Shown here in pieces: positions 9,359 through 19,184 of a stretch of 64,000 bases of DNA. The notes beneath the pieces were generated by a model, which had not been told where the DNA came from, did not search any database, and worked only from the letters and a program-made list of their open reading frames with translations. The stretch is from sequence record KJ019142.1. One strand, 5' to 3'. Position 1 is the stretch's first letter, and every line of letters begins with the position of its first letter. The translations under genes and the position numbers were made by a program.

Positions 9359-10708
9359 ATGTCTAAGAGACCAGCAATATATAGAAAAGTCTCAGTAGTT
9401 ACTAAAGATGGTTTTAGGGCAGATATTCGTCTTGCTTGTGTGTCAATTGACTTCTTTCAGGATATAATGTCACCTGCACTAACGGCAAAGATTATTATTG
9501 CCAATACTATGACTAATATTGAGGATGATCAGGGTGCCACCGTATCTCTCTATGAAGGATTGAAGTTGCGCGGTGGTGAGGCAGTTGAGATTGAAATAGA
9601 AGCAAATAGTGAAGATAACTTACCTATTAAATTTAATAATCCTGCGTTGTATGTCAGTGGTGTATCTGAAATGAGTAGGAAGTCACTCAAACAGTTCTTC
9701 ACTATCAACTTATACACCAAGGAGGCATATGATAATGAGACTAAGTTCCTAGAGAAAGCATATCCAAAAGAATCTAGAGTGAGTGATCATGTTAGTACTA
9801 TAGTTTCTGAGTCTTTTCCTACAACTACTCTCAATAAGGTAGATACTACCTCAAATACTTATGGTTTTTTGGGTAATCAACTCAAGCCATTCTATGCTCT
9901 TATCAGGTTAGCAAGTAAAGCAGTTCCTGAAGGTGCTGGTAGTGGTGGAAATAGTGCGACAGCTGGTTTCTTCTTCTACCAATCTATGAGTGGATTTAAC
10001 TTTAGATCCATTGATAAAATGATGGGGGAAGAACCAAAGGCACAATATACTTACACTGAAGTTAGTTCATCTGAAGAGACTGGAGATTTTGAAGCTACCC
10101 CAGAACTACCTTCTAATAGGTTTAAGATTGAGAAGTTTCACGTCACTAAAAACCAGAACCTCTTGAAGAACCTTAGTCAAGGTGTATACGCCTCTGCTAA
10201 GAAGTTCTTTAACCCTGTAGATTTTACAGTCACCCCACCACAAGAGTTCTTTAGTGGTGATAAGTACATCAGGGGTGTTAGTAACTTGGGTCAGGCTTTT
10301 GATCCACAAGACATCAGCTTAGCGGGTGATTCTTTGAGTTTCACTAATGTACCATCTAGGATTCTTAATGAGGTATATGATATTGGAACTGTTGAGAAAG
10401 AAGTGAATCAGGAACCTACACAAAACCCTGATGAGTTTCTAGCACAGAGAAAGATGAGGTATAATACATTATTCACTCAAGATGTTTATATTCAAGTTAG
10501 TGTTAATACTAATCTTGAGGCTGGTGATCTTGTTAAATGTCTATTCCCTAAAACTCAAGAGTGTCCTACTGATGATATAGATCAGGATCAGTTAAGTGGT
10601 CTATATATGATTAAGGAAATTAGACATCACTTTGATACTAGGGGTTCTTATTCATCTATGAGACTACTTCGTGACACCTTTGGTTTATATGGAGTGAATA
10701 ACAAATGA
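9359..10708 (+). CDS. Baseplate hub protein (gp27/GpD-like)
   Basis: C-terminal LEAGDLV...SGLYMIKEIRHHF...MRLLRD typical of hub proteins; directly upstream of gp5; late promoter. Confidence 0.65.
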   Translation: MSKRPAIYRKVSVVTKDGFRADIRLACVSIDFFQDIMSPALTAKIIIANTMTNIEDDQGATVSLYEGLKLRGGEAVEIEIEANSEDNLPIKFNNPALYVSGVSEMSRKSLKQFFTINLYTKEAYDNETKFLEKAYPKESRVSDHVSTIVSESFPTTTLNKVDTTSNTYGFLGNQLKPFYALIRLASKAVPEGAGSGGNSATAGFFFYQSMSGFNFRSIDKMMGEEPKAQYTYTEVSSSEETGDFEATPELPSNRFKIEKFHVTKNQNLLKNLSQGVYASAKKFFNPVDFTVTPPQEFFSGDKYIRGVSNLGQAFDPQDISLAGDSLSFTNVPSRILNEVYDIGTVEKEVNQEPTQNPDEFLAQRKMRYNTLFTQDVYIQVSVNTNLEAGDLVKCLFPKTQECPTDDIDQDQLSGLYMIKEIRHHFDTRGSYSSMRLLRDTFGLYGVNNK

Positions 10709-12762
10709 CAATTAAACTTGGTAGAATCGCTGACATTGAACCACAAAAGGAACAGGTCGATGGTGGTGGATGGGCGTGGAGATACAAAGTACGCATCCTA
10801 GACAAACACTCACAGGATAAGAATGTTCTTCCTGATGAGGATCTACCGTGGGCACAGGTTATTATGCCTGTCACGGCAGGTTCTGGTGCTGCTAACTATG
10901 CAGTATCGCCTATGATTAACCAGGGTGACACTGTAAGAATTGAGTATTATGATCTAGACGAACAACAACCAGTTATTACAGGTATCCTCCCTAGAACTAA
11001 AAAGGTTTCTACAGGTCCAGTGGGTGAGAATAACGGATATCTACCACACACTGGTTATACAGAGAGGAGAGAGCCAAACTCCAAACAGGTAAAGGATGAG
11101 TCACATGAATCTAATAAGGAGAGTCAAGTATCCACAAGGTCAGATAGGTTCTCCAGTGTTTTTGGTGATACTACAGTTCTAGCGGATAGTTGTGATCCTA
11201 ATGCTTATAAGATTAACGCAGTAACTTCTGCTATCACTAATCTATTCAACCAGATTAATAACTTTGCTAATCAAGCGTCATACATTGAGACTATCACACA
11301 AGCAACTATTGATAGAATTCATGCCATTGTAAATCCATATGTGGGACAAATCTTCAATGGATTGTTTGAGGGATTGGTTCCTATTCTCAACCAGGGTTTG
11401 GCTGCATTATACAAGAAAATATTCGCTCAAGTATTGGCTGCCACTAATGGTAATGTAATTGCTGCCACTGCTGCCGCAGAAGCAGCACTTATCGCACTTA
11501 TGCCAGCTATTATGGCACTACAGGAAGCCATTCAGATGTTGGCATCTCTAACAGTTGAGCAAATGTTAGACGAGATTGATTCCCTAGTTAGGGATGCAGT
11601 TGATAATAATGATGACTTCTCCCGTTGTGCGGCAGAAGACTTCGCTTCTGCTATGATCAACGATATTGTTGATAAGACTGATAATGGTATGCAACCACTA
11701 CTAAACGCAGTCACTATTATTCTAGCACTCGCAAGTGTTGGTAGTGGATTCACCGCTGGTACTGCTATTCGTAGTACTTTGGATGTTCTAAAAGATCTCA
11801 CATCTGCTCTACTTGCACCAGGTCAAAGTGGTGGTGGTAATTGTGGTGGAATCACAAAGGAATATGCATTTGGTATAGGTCCTGTGAAGGATGTGGGTGA
11901 TGTTATGGATGCTCTTCTAGAGTCAGCAAACATAGCAAAGTCACTAGTAGATGAGGCAAAGAAAACACAACAGGAAGTTGATGGTCTCCTAGACACATTT
12001 GGTGACTTCCCATTTATGAGTTCCACTACAAATATTATATCTAATCTAGACAAGTGTTCCACACTAGAACCTACTACTTGTTTTGGTCCTGAAGTTGTAT
12101 TATTTGGTGGTAGAGGTGATGGTGCTAAATCTCGTGCTATTATTGGCAACACAAAATCAAAATCAGATGATAGAATTGCTGGTAATGCGCAGGGTGGCAT
12201 TGTTGCTATTGAAGTTCTGGATGGTGGTTCAGGTTATGAGTACCCACCATATGTGGATATCAGAGACAATTGTGGTCTAGGTATTGGTGGTGTTGGTAGA
12301 GCAGTCCTAAAGGGTGATAAGGTAGATAAAATCTATATGGTGAATATTGGTGAAGACTATCCTGGAGATGCACCTGGGGACTTTATTGTTGATACTATTA
12401 TCATCGTTGATGGTGGCATAGGATATGAACCAGGTATTACTCCTGGAGGTGAATATGAAGTTATTACTGACCCAGGTGGAACAGTTATTGGTATTATTCC
12501 CACACAACCAGTACCACTCCCTGGTATCCCAAATATAAATATTCCAGATGTATCTCCACCTATTCCACCAGGAGGTAATATCATTGATGGTAATGTTGTA
12601 GATGAGAATGGTAAAGTAATAGCACCCGCTAAGATTGGTACTGGTTTAGTGTTCTATCCAGTTATCAAACAGATACCCCCACTTAAGGACCTCCTTGAGG
12701 GTAATGTTCCTGGATTTACACCGGAAGAAGTTGTATTCATTATTGATTGTATTCAGAGTTAG
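10705..12762 (+). CDS. gp5: Baseplate hub/spike gp5, N-terminal OB-fold portion (no lysozyme domain seen)
   Basis: YKVRILDKH...LPDEDLPWAQVIMPVTAG and QQPVITG match the gp5 OB domain; GGSGY repeats near C-terminus. Confidence 0.8.
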   Translation: MTIKLGRIADIEPQKEQVDGGGWAWRYKVRILDKHSQDKNVLPDEDLPWAQVIMPVTAGSGAANYAVSPMINQGDTVRIEYYDLDEQQPVITGILPRTKKVSTGPVGENNGYLPHTGYTERREPNSKQVKDESHESNKESQVSTRSDRFSSVFGDTTVLADSCDPNAYKINAVTSAITNLFNQINNFANQASYIETITQATIDRIHAIVNPYVGQIFNGLFEGLVPILNQGLAALYKKIFAQVLAATNGNVIAATAAAEAALIALMPAIMALQEAIQMLASLTVEQMLDEIDSLVRDAVDNNDDFSRCAAEDFASAMINDIVDKTDNGMQPLLNAVTIILALASVGSGFTAGTAIRSTLDVLKDLTSALLAPGQSGGGNCGGITKEYAFGIGPVKDVGDVMDALLESANIAKSLVDEAKKTQQEVDGLLDTFGDFPFMSSTTNIISNLDKCSTLEPTTCFGPEVVLFGGRGDGAKSRAIIGNTKSKSDDRIAGNAQGGIVAIEVLDGGSGYEYPPYVDIRDNCGLGIGGVGRAVLKGDKVDKIYMVNIGEDYPGDAPGDFIVDTIIIVDGGIGYEPGITPGGEYEVITDPGGTVIGIIPTQPVPLPGIPNINIPDVSPPIPPGGNIIDGNVVDENGKVIAPAKIGTGLVFYPVIKQIPPLKDLLEGNVPGFTPEEVVFIIDCIQS

Positions 12763-12764
12763 AC

Positions 12765-13466
12765 ATGGCAGAACAGAATTGGGAAAGAAGAATACTCCAG
12801 AGTTTTGGTGCTAACTTTCGACTAGATGTTAGTAACCCACAGAAGACTGTTGGTGGTGAAGATGTATATAACTTCTACTCTGTTACAGATGAGGAGAAAG
12901 TATGTCTAATGGGACAACAACAGGATGGTCTCTGGCGCCTCTACAATGATGATAAGGTAGAGATTGTAGGTGGTGCCAAAGTTGTTGAGGATGGTGTATG
13001 TGTAACTATTGTTGGTAAGAACGGTGATGTAGTTATTAACGCTGACAACAATGGGAGGGTTAGAATCCGTGGGCAGAATATCAACCTCCAGGCAGATGAG
13101 GATGTTAATATTACTGCGGGTAGGAATGTTAATATCAAATCTGGTTCTGGTAGAACTCTCCTTGCGGGCAATACCCTGGAGAAAGACGCACTCAAAGGTA
13201 ATCTATTAGACCCAGAGAAACAATGGGCATGGAGAGTATTTGAAGGAACTGGACTACCTGCTGGTATGTTCCCACAACTCATGTCACCCTTCAGTGGTAT
13301 TACAGACCTAGCGGGATCTATTGTTGGTGGAGTTGGGTTCGGTGATGCAATCAGTGGGGCTGTGAGTAGTGCAGTCAGTGGGGCAGTCAGTGGTGCTGTT
13401 GGTGGTGTCGCCGGTGGTGTCGCCGGTGATATTGCTGGTGACGCAATTGGTGGTATTATACCCTGA
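12765..13466 (+). CDS. gp5-like beta-helix spike protein
   Basis: GDVVINADNNGRVRIRGQNINLQADEDVNITAGRNVNIKSG beta-helix periodicity; ATG at 12765 follows the gp5 stop. Confidence 0.6.
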   Translation: MAEQNWERRILQSFGANFRLDVSNPQKTVGGEDVYNFYSVTDEEKVCLMGQQQDGLWRLYNDDKVEIVGGAKVVEDGVCVTIVGKNGDVVINADNNGRVRIRGQNINLQADEDVNITAGRNVNIKSGSGRTLLAGNTLEKDALKGNLLDPEKQWAWRVFEGTGLPAGMFPQLMSPFSGITDLAGSIVGGVGFGDAISGAVSSAVSGAVSGAVGGVAGGVAGDIAGDAIGGIIP

Positions 13467-13472
13467 TAAATA
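13466..13472 (+). promoter_or_regulatory. Late promoter (collagen-like gene)
   Basis: ATAAATA. Confidence 0.7.
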
Positions 13473-13504
13473 TAAGAAGCACCTATAACTAGCACCTATT
13501 AGTA

Positions 13505-16294
13505 ATGGCAAGCATTCAATTCCCAGCAAATCCGAAAGTTGGTGATACTTACTACGACGTAGATACAAATATAACTTACACCTGGGAGGGTGAATACTGG
13601 TTTGCAACAGGACCAGGCACAGGTATTGGTGCCACTGGAGCAACTGGAGCACAAGGAAATCAAGGTTCTAGTGGTGAAAAGGGTGAGCCAGGAACTCGCG
13701 GAATTAAAGGAGATACTGGATCTACTGGTTCTACCGGTCCCACAGGTCCTGGTGGTTTTATTGGATTAACAGGTGCAACTGGTCCTCAAGGTTCTCCCGG
13801 TGGTGCTACCGGTGCTACAGGTAATATTGGTCCTTTAGGAACTACTGGTGCAACTGGTCCTGATGGTGCTAGTGGTGCTACAGGTATTCAGGGTCCTATT
13901 GGTACTCCAGGTGGTGCAACTGGCGCTACTGGTTTAGCTGGTCCTCCAGGAAATGTTGGTGCTACTGGTCCTCTCGGTCCTAATGGTACTCCAGGTGGTG
14001 CTACTGGTCCTCTTGGTCCTGTTGGTTCTACTGGAGCCACTGGTGCTGGTGCTACTGGCTCTGATGGTGCTACTGGTTCTACAGGTATTCAGGGACTACA
14101 AGGTTCCCCAGGTGGTGCAACTGGTGCTACTGGTATTGATGGTTTACTAGGTCCTATTGGTGCCACAGGTACTACAGGAGCTACCGGTGTTGATGGTCCT
14201 ATTGGTGCCACAGGTACTACAGGTGCCACAGGTGAGACAGGTGATACAGGTTCAACCGGTGCTGCTGGTCCTACCGGTATTCCTGGAGCCACTGGTTTCA
14301 CAGGTCCTGAAGGTGCTACGGGTTCCAAAGGTGATGAAGGTTCTACAGGTAGTACAGGTCCTCAAGGTTCTCCAGGTGGTGCCACTGGTGCTACTGGTGT
14401 TGATGGTCCTGTAGGTTCTACAGGTGCCACAGCTGCTACTGGTGCCACTGGTCCTGACGGTCCTACCGGTCCCGCAGGTCCTACAGGTTTATTAGGTGCC
14501 ACTGGTGCTACTGGTGATGATGGTTCTACTGGAGCCACTGGTGCTACTGGTTTTGGTGCTACTGGTGCCGATGGTGCTACTGGTTCTACAGGTTCTACGG
14601 GTCCTGATGGTCCTCTTGGTTCTACTGGTGCCACTGGTATTGCAGGTGGTGTGAGTCATGTATGGTCACCAGATGTTTCTATCCTAACTGCCAACAACTC
14701 TTTCCTATTCACCCATGATGTAGACGAAGATATTAAGATCCTAAAGATCTCCAAGTTTAGTTCAACATTCACCAATGAGGAGGCACTACTTAATAGTTTT
14801 GCAATCGGTGATTCACTTAGACTAACATCAGGTCCAGCAACATTCCAATATACTGTTAGAGCCAATGGTGGACTCACAGTATCATCTGGTGTTGACGTGT
14901 TTATGTTACTCGTCAGTGATGGTTTCTTAGCATCTGGTAGTGGAACACTCAATGGTTCAACAGTTGTTCTTCAACGTCCCACATCATCCACCTTCGCTAC
15001 ATTTAACTTCGGTGTATCCACTATCAACTGGCCTACTACTGATGGTGATGTAACTATTGACTATCCATTCCTAGTAAACAATGGTCCTAGGTATGTTGCA
15101 TTCAATCAGAAGGATCTACTAGGTAGGGATGATGAGCAGTTCTTCTTTGAACCTTTAGTATCTACAGACCTAAACTCATTCCAGTTCCAGGTTAAGACTA
15201 CTAACTTCTTCAAATCAGAAATTGAAGGTGGTTACTACTATAGTGATATTGATGCCTATGTGTATCTAACTGATATCACCGAACTATATTCGGATCCAAG
15301 TAATCCAGTAACCAGTGTGGGTTCACCTTGGAATGTTCAGGTTGTAGGTATTGCCTCCGCCATTCCTGGTGTTGCTGGTTCTCCAGGTGGTGCAACCGGT
15401 GCTACTGGTCCTGCAGGTCCTCCAAGTGGTGCAACTGGTGCTACAGGTGATCTTGGTCCTATTGGTCCCGGTGGTCCTACTGGTCCCGTTGGTGTTAACG
15501 GATCCCCAGGTTCACCCGGTGGTGCAACTGGTGCCACTGGTGCTGATGGTCCTGAAGGTGCTACTGGTTCTACAGGTGCAACAGGTGCATTCGTCACTGG
15601 TAGTAATCTTGTAGCTGGTATTATCACAGCCACCACATTCGATGGTGATGCTACATCATCTGATAAGATTAAGACTAATCGGTCCAGCAGTGCGGCTGTT
15701 AACTATCTAACTTTCGTTTCTGATGATAACACTGGTGGTGCCGTTAGTGAAACCCTCAAGACAAACTTGAATGTAAGTTTCATTCCTTCTTCTGGTGATT
15801 TTATCGCTAGTAGGATTACAGCAAGTAACAACTTCTACCTGGGTGGTACTGAGGTCAATTCTTCAGCATCTGAACTAAATGTGTTGGTTGGTGTTACTGA
15901 CTTCTTAGATGAAGATAATATGGCATCCGATAGTCCTACGGCTATCCCATCACAACAATCAGTTAAGAGGTATGTTGACGCTAACGCTTTCTCTGGTATT
16001 ACTACAGTTAGTATCCTAGTGGGCGCTGGTTCTAGTGATGTATACTTCGCAAGTTCTATTGTTCCAACTACTAATGAGTCCATTGACTTGGGTAGTATTG
16101 ACTATAAGTTCAGAGACCTCTACCTATCAGACACAACCATATATACTAACACTGGTGAACTTAGTGTAGGTTTGAATACCACAGCACCAACCGCAAAGGT
16201 TGTTCTTGGTCCAGCACTACAAACAATTGTTCAACAGTCCACTGATTTTGATGACTTTAAGATCAGAATCGCAGCACAAAGTTGGGGTGGTTAA
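13505..16294 (+). CDS. Collagen-like fibre protein (two G-X-Y blocks)
   Basis: Long GATGATG/GPTGP triplet tracts, about 13640-14640 and 15370-15600; cyanophage-type FPANP...YTW N-terminus. Confidence 0.85.
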   Translation: MASIQFPANPKVGDTYYDVDTNITYTWEGEYWFATGPGTGIGATGATGAQGNQGSSGEKGEPGTRGIKGDTGSTGSTGPTGPGGFIGLTGATGPQGSPGGATGATGNIGPLGTTGATGPDGASGATGIQGPIGTPGGATGATGLAGPPGNVGATGPLGPNGTPGGATGPLGPVGSTGATGAGATGSDGATGSTGIQGLQGSPGGATGATGIDGLLGPIGATGTTGATGVDGPIGATGTTGATGETGDTGSTGAAGPTGIPGATGFTGPEGATGSKGDEGSTGSTGPQGSPGGATGATGVDGPVGSTGATAATGATGPDGPTGPAGPTGLLGATGATGDDGSTGATGATGFGATGADGATGSTGSTGPDGPLGSTGATGIAGGVSHVWSPDVSILTANNSFLFTHDVDEDIKILKISKFSSTFTNEEALLNSFAIGDSLRLTSGPATFQYTVRANGGLTVSSGVDVFMLLVSDGFLASGSGTLNGSTVVLQRPTSSTFATFNFGVSTINWPTTDGDVTIDYPFLVNNGPRYVAFNQKDLLGRDDEQFFFEPLVSTDLNSFQFQVKTTNFFKSEIEGGYYYSDIDAYVYLTDITELYSDPSNPVTSVGSPWNVQVVGIASAIPGVAGSPGGATGATGPAGPPSGATGATGDLGPIGPGGPTGPVGVNGSPGSPGGATGATGADGPEGATGSTGATGAFVTGSNLVAGIITATTFDGDATSSDKIKTNRSSSAAVNYLTFVSDDNTGGAVSETLKTNLNVSFIPSSGDFIASRITASNNFYLGGTEVNSSASELNVLVGVTDFLDEDNMASDSPTAIPSQQSVKRYVDANAFSGITTVSILVGAGSSDVYFASSIVPTTNESIDLGSIDYKFRDLYLSDTTIYTNTGELSVGLNTTAPTAKVVLGPALQTIVQQSTDFDDFKIRIAAQSWGG

Positions 16295-16297
16295 TTA

Positions 16298-16720
16298 ATG
16301 GGTTATCGTAATGAGAAAGCTCCCCACACTGGGAGCTTATTGGTAGGAACTGGAGGTAGAGTTACTTTTACTGGTAGACCCTCTGGTGATATGAATAAGA
16401 TTGCCACTTGGGGTGAAGAAGGGGGACAGATAGAATCTACCAACTTTTCTGATCTTCTGGCACTATACGAGGAGTCTTTCGCGGTATCTATTGTCAGTGA
16501 AGATGAACCTTCGCTAAGACCTTTGGGTGAAGACCTAAAACTAGGAGATCTGTGGTATAGTACGTCAGAACGGAGACAGTATGTTTTTACAAATGGAATT
16601 GATGACCTTCCAGTCACCTTTAGAGGCTGGACACCTGTTATTTCAGGACTTAGTACGATTGCTAACGGATTTATTGTATCCAATGGTATCATTGTTGGTG
16701 TGGCAGCAACAACTCCATAG
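16298..16720 (+). CDS. Hypothetical fibre-associated protein
   Basis: LGDLWY motif common in phage fibre accessory proteins; co-oriented with the collagen gene. Confidence 0.55.
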   Translation: MGYRNEKAPHTGSLLVGTGGRVTFTGRPSGDMNKIATWGEEGGQIESTNFSDLLALYEESFAVSIVSEDEPSLRPLGEDLKLGDLWYSTSERRQYVFTNGIDDLPVTFRGWTPVISGLSTIANGFIVSNGIIVGVAATTP

Positions 16721-16722
16721 TA

Positions 16723-16731
16723 TGGTATAAT
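16723..16731 (+). promoter_or_regulatory. Extended -10 promoter for the methyltransferase/GT/oxygenase trio
   Basis: TGG-TATAAT in the short intergenic gap upstream of 16756. Confidence 0.55.
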
Positions 16732-16755
16732 GGTGGGTAAGTATCTTATACCCAC

Positions 16756-17319
16756 ATGAGCCACGAGCACGAAGATTACGAATTTGAAAAAGATTATTGG
16801 GGTGATTGTTGTAATACCTTCGATGAGGATCAGAAACACTATGTGTATGCCCGTCTAATGGGATTAGAACAGGCACACTATAGTTTTCGTTTGCCTGGTA
16901 TTTCTGTAATTGATATTGGTGGCGGTCCTTCTTCGATGTTATTGAAGACTGAAGGACTTACTAGAGGTTTGGTTGTAGATCCTATTTCATATCCTCAATG
17001 GACTAAAGATAGGTATTCAGTAAAGAATATTGAAGTCCATGTGGATGTTGGTGAGAATGTAACAGAGACAGGATATGATGAGGTGTGGATATACAATTGT
17101 ATGCAACACGCTATTGATCCAGAGAAGATTATTGCTAACGCAAGGGCAGCAGCACCAGTCCTACGATTGTTTGAGTGGATTGATATCCCAGCACACGATG
17201 GTCACCCTCATGAACTTACAGAGCAATCACTAAATAAGTGGATTGGTCAAACCGGTAGTGTCACATCTCTAGCAGAGAGTGGTTGCTATGGTAAAGCATA
17301 TTATGGAGTATTTGAGTGA
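16756..17319 (+). CDS. Class I SAM-dependent methyltransferase-like protein
   Basis: VIDIGGGP motif I, VVDP, YDEVWIYNCMQHAIDPEKII. Confidence 0.7.
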   Translation: MSHEHEDYEFEKDYWGDCCNTFDEDQKHYVYARLMGLEQAHYSFRLPGISVIDIGGGPSSMLLKTEGLTRGLVVDPISYPQWTKDRYSVKNIEVHVDVGENVTETGYDEVWIYNCMQHAIDPEKIIANARAAAPVLRLFEWIDIPAHDGHPHELTEQSLNKWIGQTGSVTSLAESGCYGKAYYGVFE

Positions 17320-18395
17320 GATTTCATCTATTAGGTTTGCCCCATACAGTAACCCACCCAGACTATACTGCTTGTGCATACACCATGAAGGTGTTGAAGT
17401 TTGGTAAGATGATGAAGGCGCGTGGTCATACAATTATTCACTATGGTCACGAAGATAGTAAGTTGGTATGTGATGAGCATGTTTCAGTAACTACCAATGC
17501 AGACCTAGAGAAAGCATACGGCAGTTATGATTGGAGAAAGAACTTCTTCAAGTTCAATACATCGGACCACGCATATCAGACATTCTACAAGAATGCTATT
17601 GAAGAAGTAGGTAAGCGCAAACAGAAGAATGATTTCATCCTACCTTTCTGGGGTAGTGGTACTCGTCCTGTATGTGATGCTCACCCAGAAATGATTTGTG
17701 TGGAACCCGGTATTGGTTATGCTGGTGGTCACTGGTCTCAGTGGAAAGTGTTTGAGAGTTACGCTATTCTCCATGCATACTGTAATCTAACATCAGTAGG
17801 AACCTGCAAACAGAGTTGGTATGATGTTGTTATCCCTAATTACTTTGACTTAGATGATTTCACCTACGCCCCAGAAACTAAGGAAGACTATTTTCTATTC
17901 TTGGGGCGTGTATATAGCGGTAAGGGCATTGATATTGCTGTACAGGTTACTGAACACATAGGTGCTAAACTAAAAGTAGCAGGACAGAACCCAGAGAACA
18001 GAACTTTCCCACCACATGTGGAGTTTGTTGGATATGCTGATATTGAGATGAGACGGGAGTTGATGTCTAAAGCAAAGGCATCCTTTGTTGCATCACAATA
18101 CCTAGAACCTTTCGGTGGTGTTCAGGTGGAGAACTTATTATCAGGAACTCCTACTATCACTACAGACTGGGGTGCTTTCGTTGAGAACAACCCAGACGGA
18201 CTAACTGGTTTCCGTTGTCGTACATTCGGTGACTTTGTTGATGCCGCTAATAACATTGACCAGATATCTCCTGCAGTATGTCGCACTTTCGGTGAGCAGT
18301 TTGCACTGGAGAATATTGCTCCCAAGTACGAGAAGTATTTCCAGGATGTTCTCAATGTATATACTGGAAAGGGATGGTATGAACTAAATGAATGA
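17316..18395 (+). CDS. GT-B glycosyltransferase (GT4 / Glycos_transf_1)
   Basis: LFLGRVYSGKG, EPFGGVQVENLLSGTPTITTDWGAFVE; GTG start overlaps the upstream stop. Confidence 0.88.
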   Translation: MRFHLLGLPHTVTHPDYTACAYTMKVLKFGKMMKARGHTIIHYGHEDSKLVCDEHVSVTTNADLEKAYGSYDWRKNFFKFNTSDHAYQTFYKNAIEEVGKRKQKNDFILPFWGSGTRPVCDAHPEMICVEPGIGYAGGHWSQWKVFESYAILHAYCNLTSVGTCKQSWYDVVIPNYFDLDDFTYAPETKEDYFLFLGRVYSGKGIDIAVQVTEHIGAKLKVAGQNPENRTFPPHVEFVGYADIEMRRELMSKAKASFVASQYLEPFGGVQVENLLSGTPTITTDWGAFVENNPDGLTGFRCRTFGDFVDAANNIDQISPAVCRTFGEQFALENIAPKYEKYFQDVLNVYTGKGWYELNE

Positions 18396-18981
18396 ACTAA
18401 TACAAACGATTGATTGTATTACTCAAACTGAAATCAATACAATCAAAGAATATGTCCAAGATGATTGGTGGCAACCTACTACTATCTTTGGAATGTCTGG
18501 TTGTGAAATTAATACAGATGTTAGATCCAATGATAGAATATCTCTCCATGATGATAGTATTGCCGCTCAGATTATTCATACGGGTATGAATAAGGCACTC
18601 CTTGAGTATAGAACACAACTCTATAATGTTGATCCATACTTCAACAATTACCCAGTTCCAGGATCATATAGGACTAATTGTCATAGGGAAGGTATTCAAC
18701 TCCTTAGATATAAAGAAGGACAACACTACAACTGGCATCACGATACTGCAGCAGATCGTGCAGTAAATGAGTATCACAGAACGATCTCTATTGTGTTATA
18801 CTTATCAGATGACTTTGAGGGTGGTAGAACAGTCTTCCCCCACAGAGCATACAAACCAAAAGCAGGTCAGGCACTAATTTTTCCCTCTAACTGGTGTTTC
18901 CCACATAAGTGTGAACCAATCACAAAGGGTGTGAAGTTAGCATCTGTTTCCTGGTACTATTCACATTATAACTATGACTGA
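18388..18981 (+). CDS. 2OG-Fe(II) oxygenase (prolyl-4-hydroxylase-like)
   Basis: WHHD, LYLSDDFEGG, LIFPSNWCFPH. Confidence 0.9.
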   Translation: MNELIQTIDCITQTEINTIKEYVQDDWWQPTTIFGMSGCEINTDVRSNDRISLHDDSIAAQIIHTGMNKALLEYRTQLYNVDPYFNNYPVPGSYRTNCHREGIQLLRYKEGQHYNWHHDTAADRAVNEYHRTISIVLYLSDDFEGGRTVFPHRAYKPKAGQALIFPSNWCFPHKCEPITKGVKLASVSWYYSHYNYD

Positions 18982-19150
18982 AAATAAGACTACACCACAA
19001 ACAGTAGAAGAAGCAACTCATGCTGCTTTCACTGGAAAGATGAACATGATCAAGTGTGCAGAACACTGTGGGATGACGATAAAACAGTTTAAATTAACCT
19101 TCCGTGAGTATCTAAAATACCACCCAATAGACGAAAATTATCCTATCTAA
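18974..19150 (+). CDS. Small hypothetical protein (58 aa, absent from track)
   Basis: My translation MTENKTTPQTVEEATHAAFTGKMNMIKCAEHCGMTIKQFKLTFREYLKYHPI...; overlaps the oxygenase stop. Confidence 0.6.
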   Translation: MTENKTTPQTVEEATHAAFTGKMNMIKCAEHCGMTIKQFKLTFREYLKYHPIDENYPI

Positions 19151-19153
19151 ATA
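19148..19153 (+). promoter_or_regulatory. Late promoter (1955-aa fibre)
   Basis: CTAAATA. Confidence 0.6.
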
Positions 19154-19184
19154 TATGTAAGCAAGTATATGATGGTACGGAACA

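Noticed and set aside
13953-15636. Several overlapping ORFs ([12 protein letters not shown] types) in the collagen gene
   Set aside because: Shadow frames of GGT-GCN-ACN triplet repeats, which lack stops.
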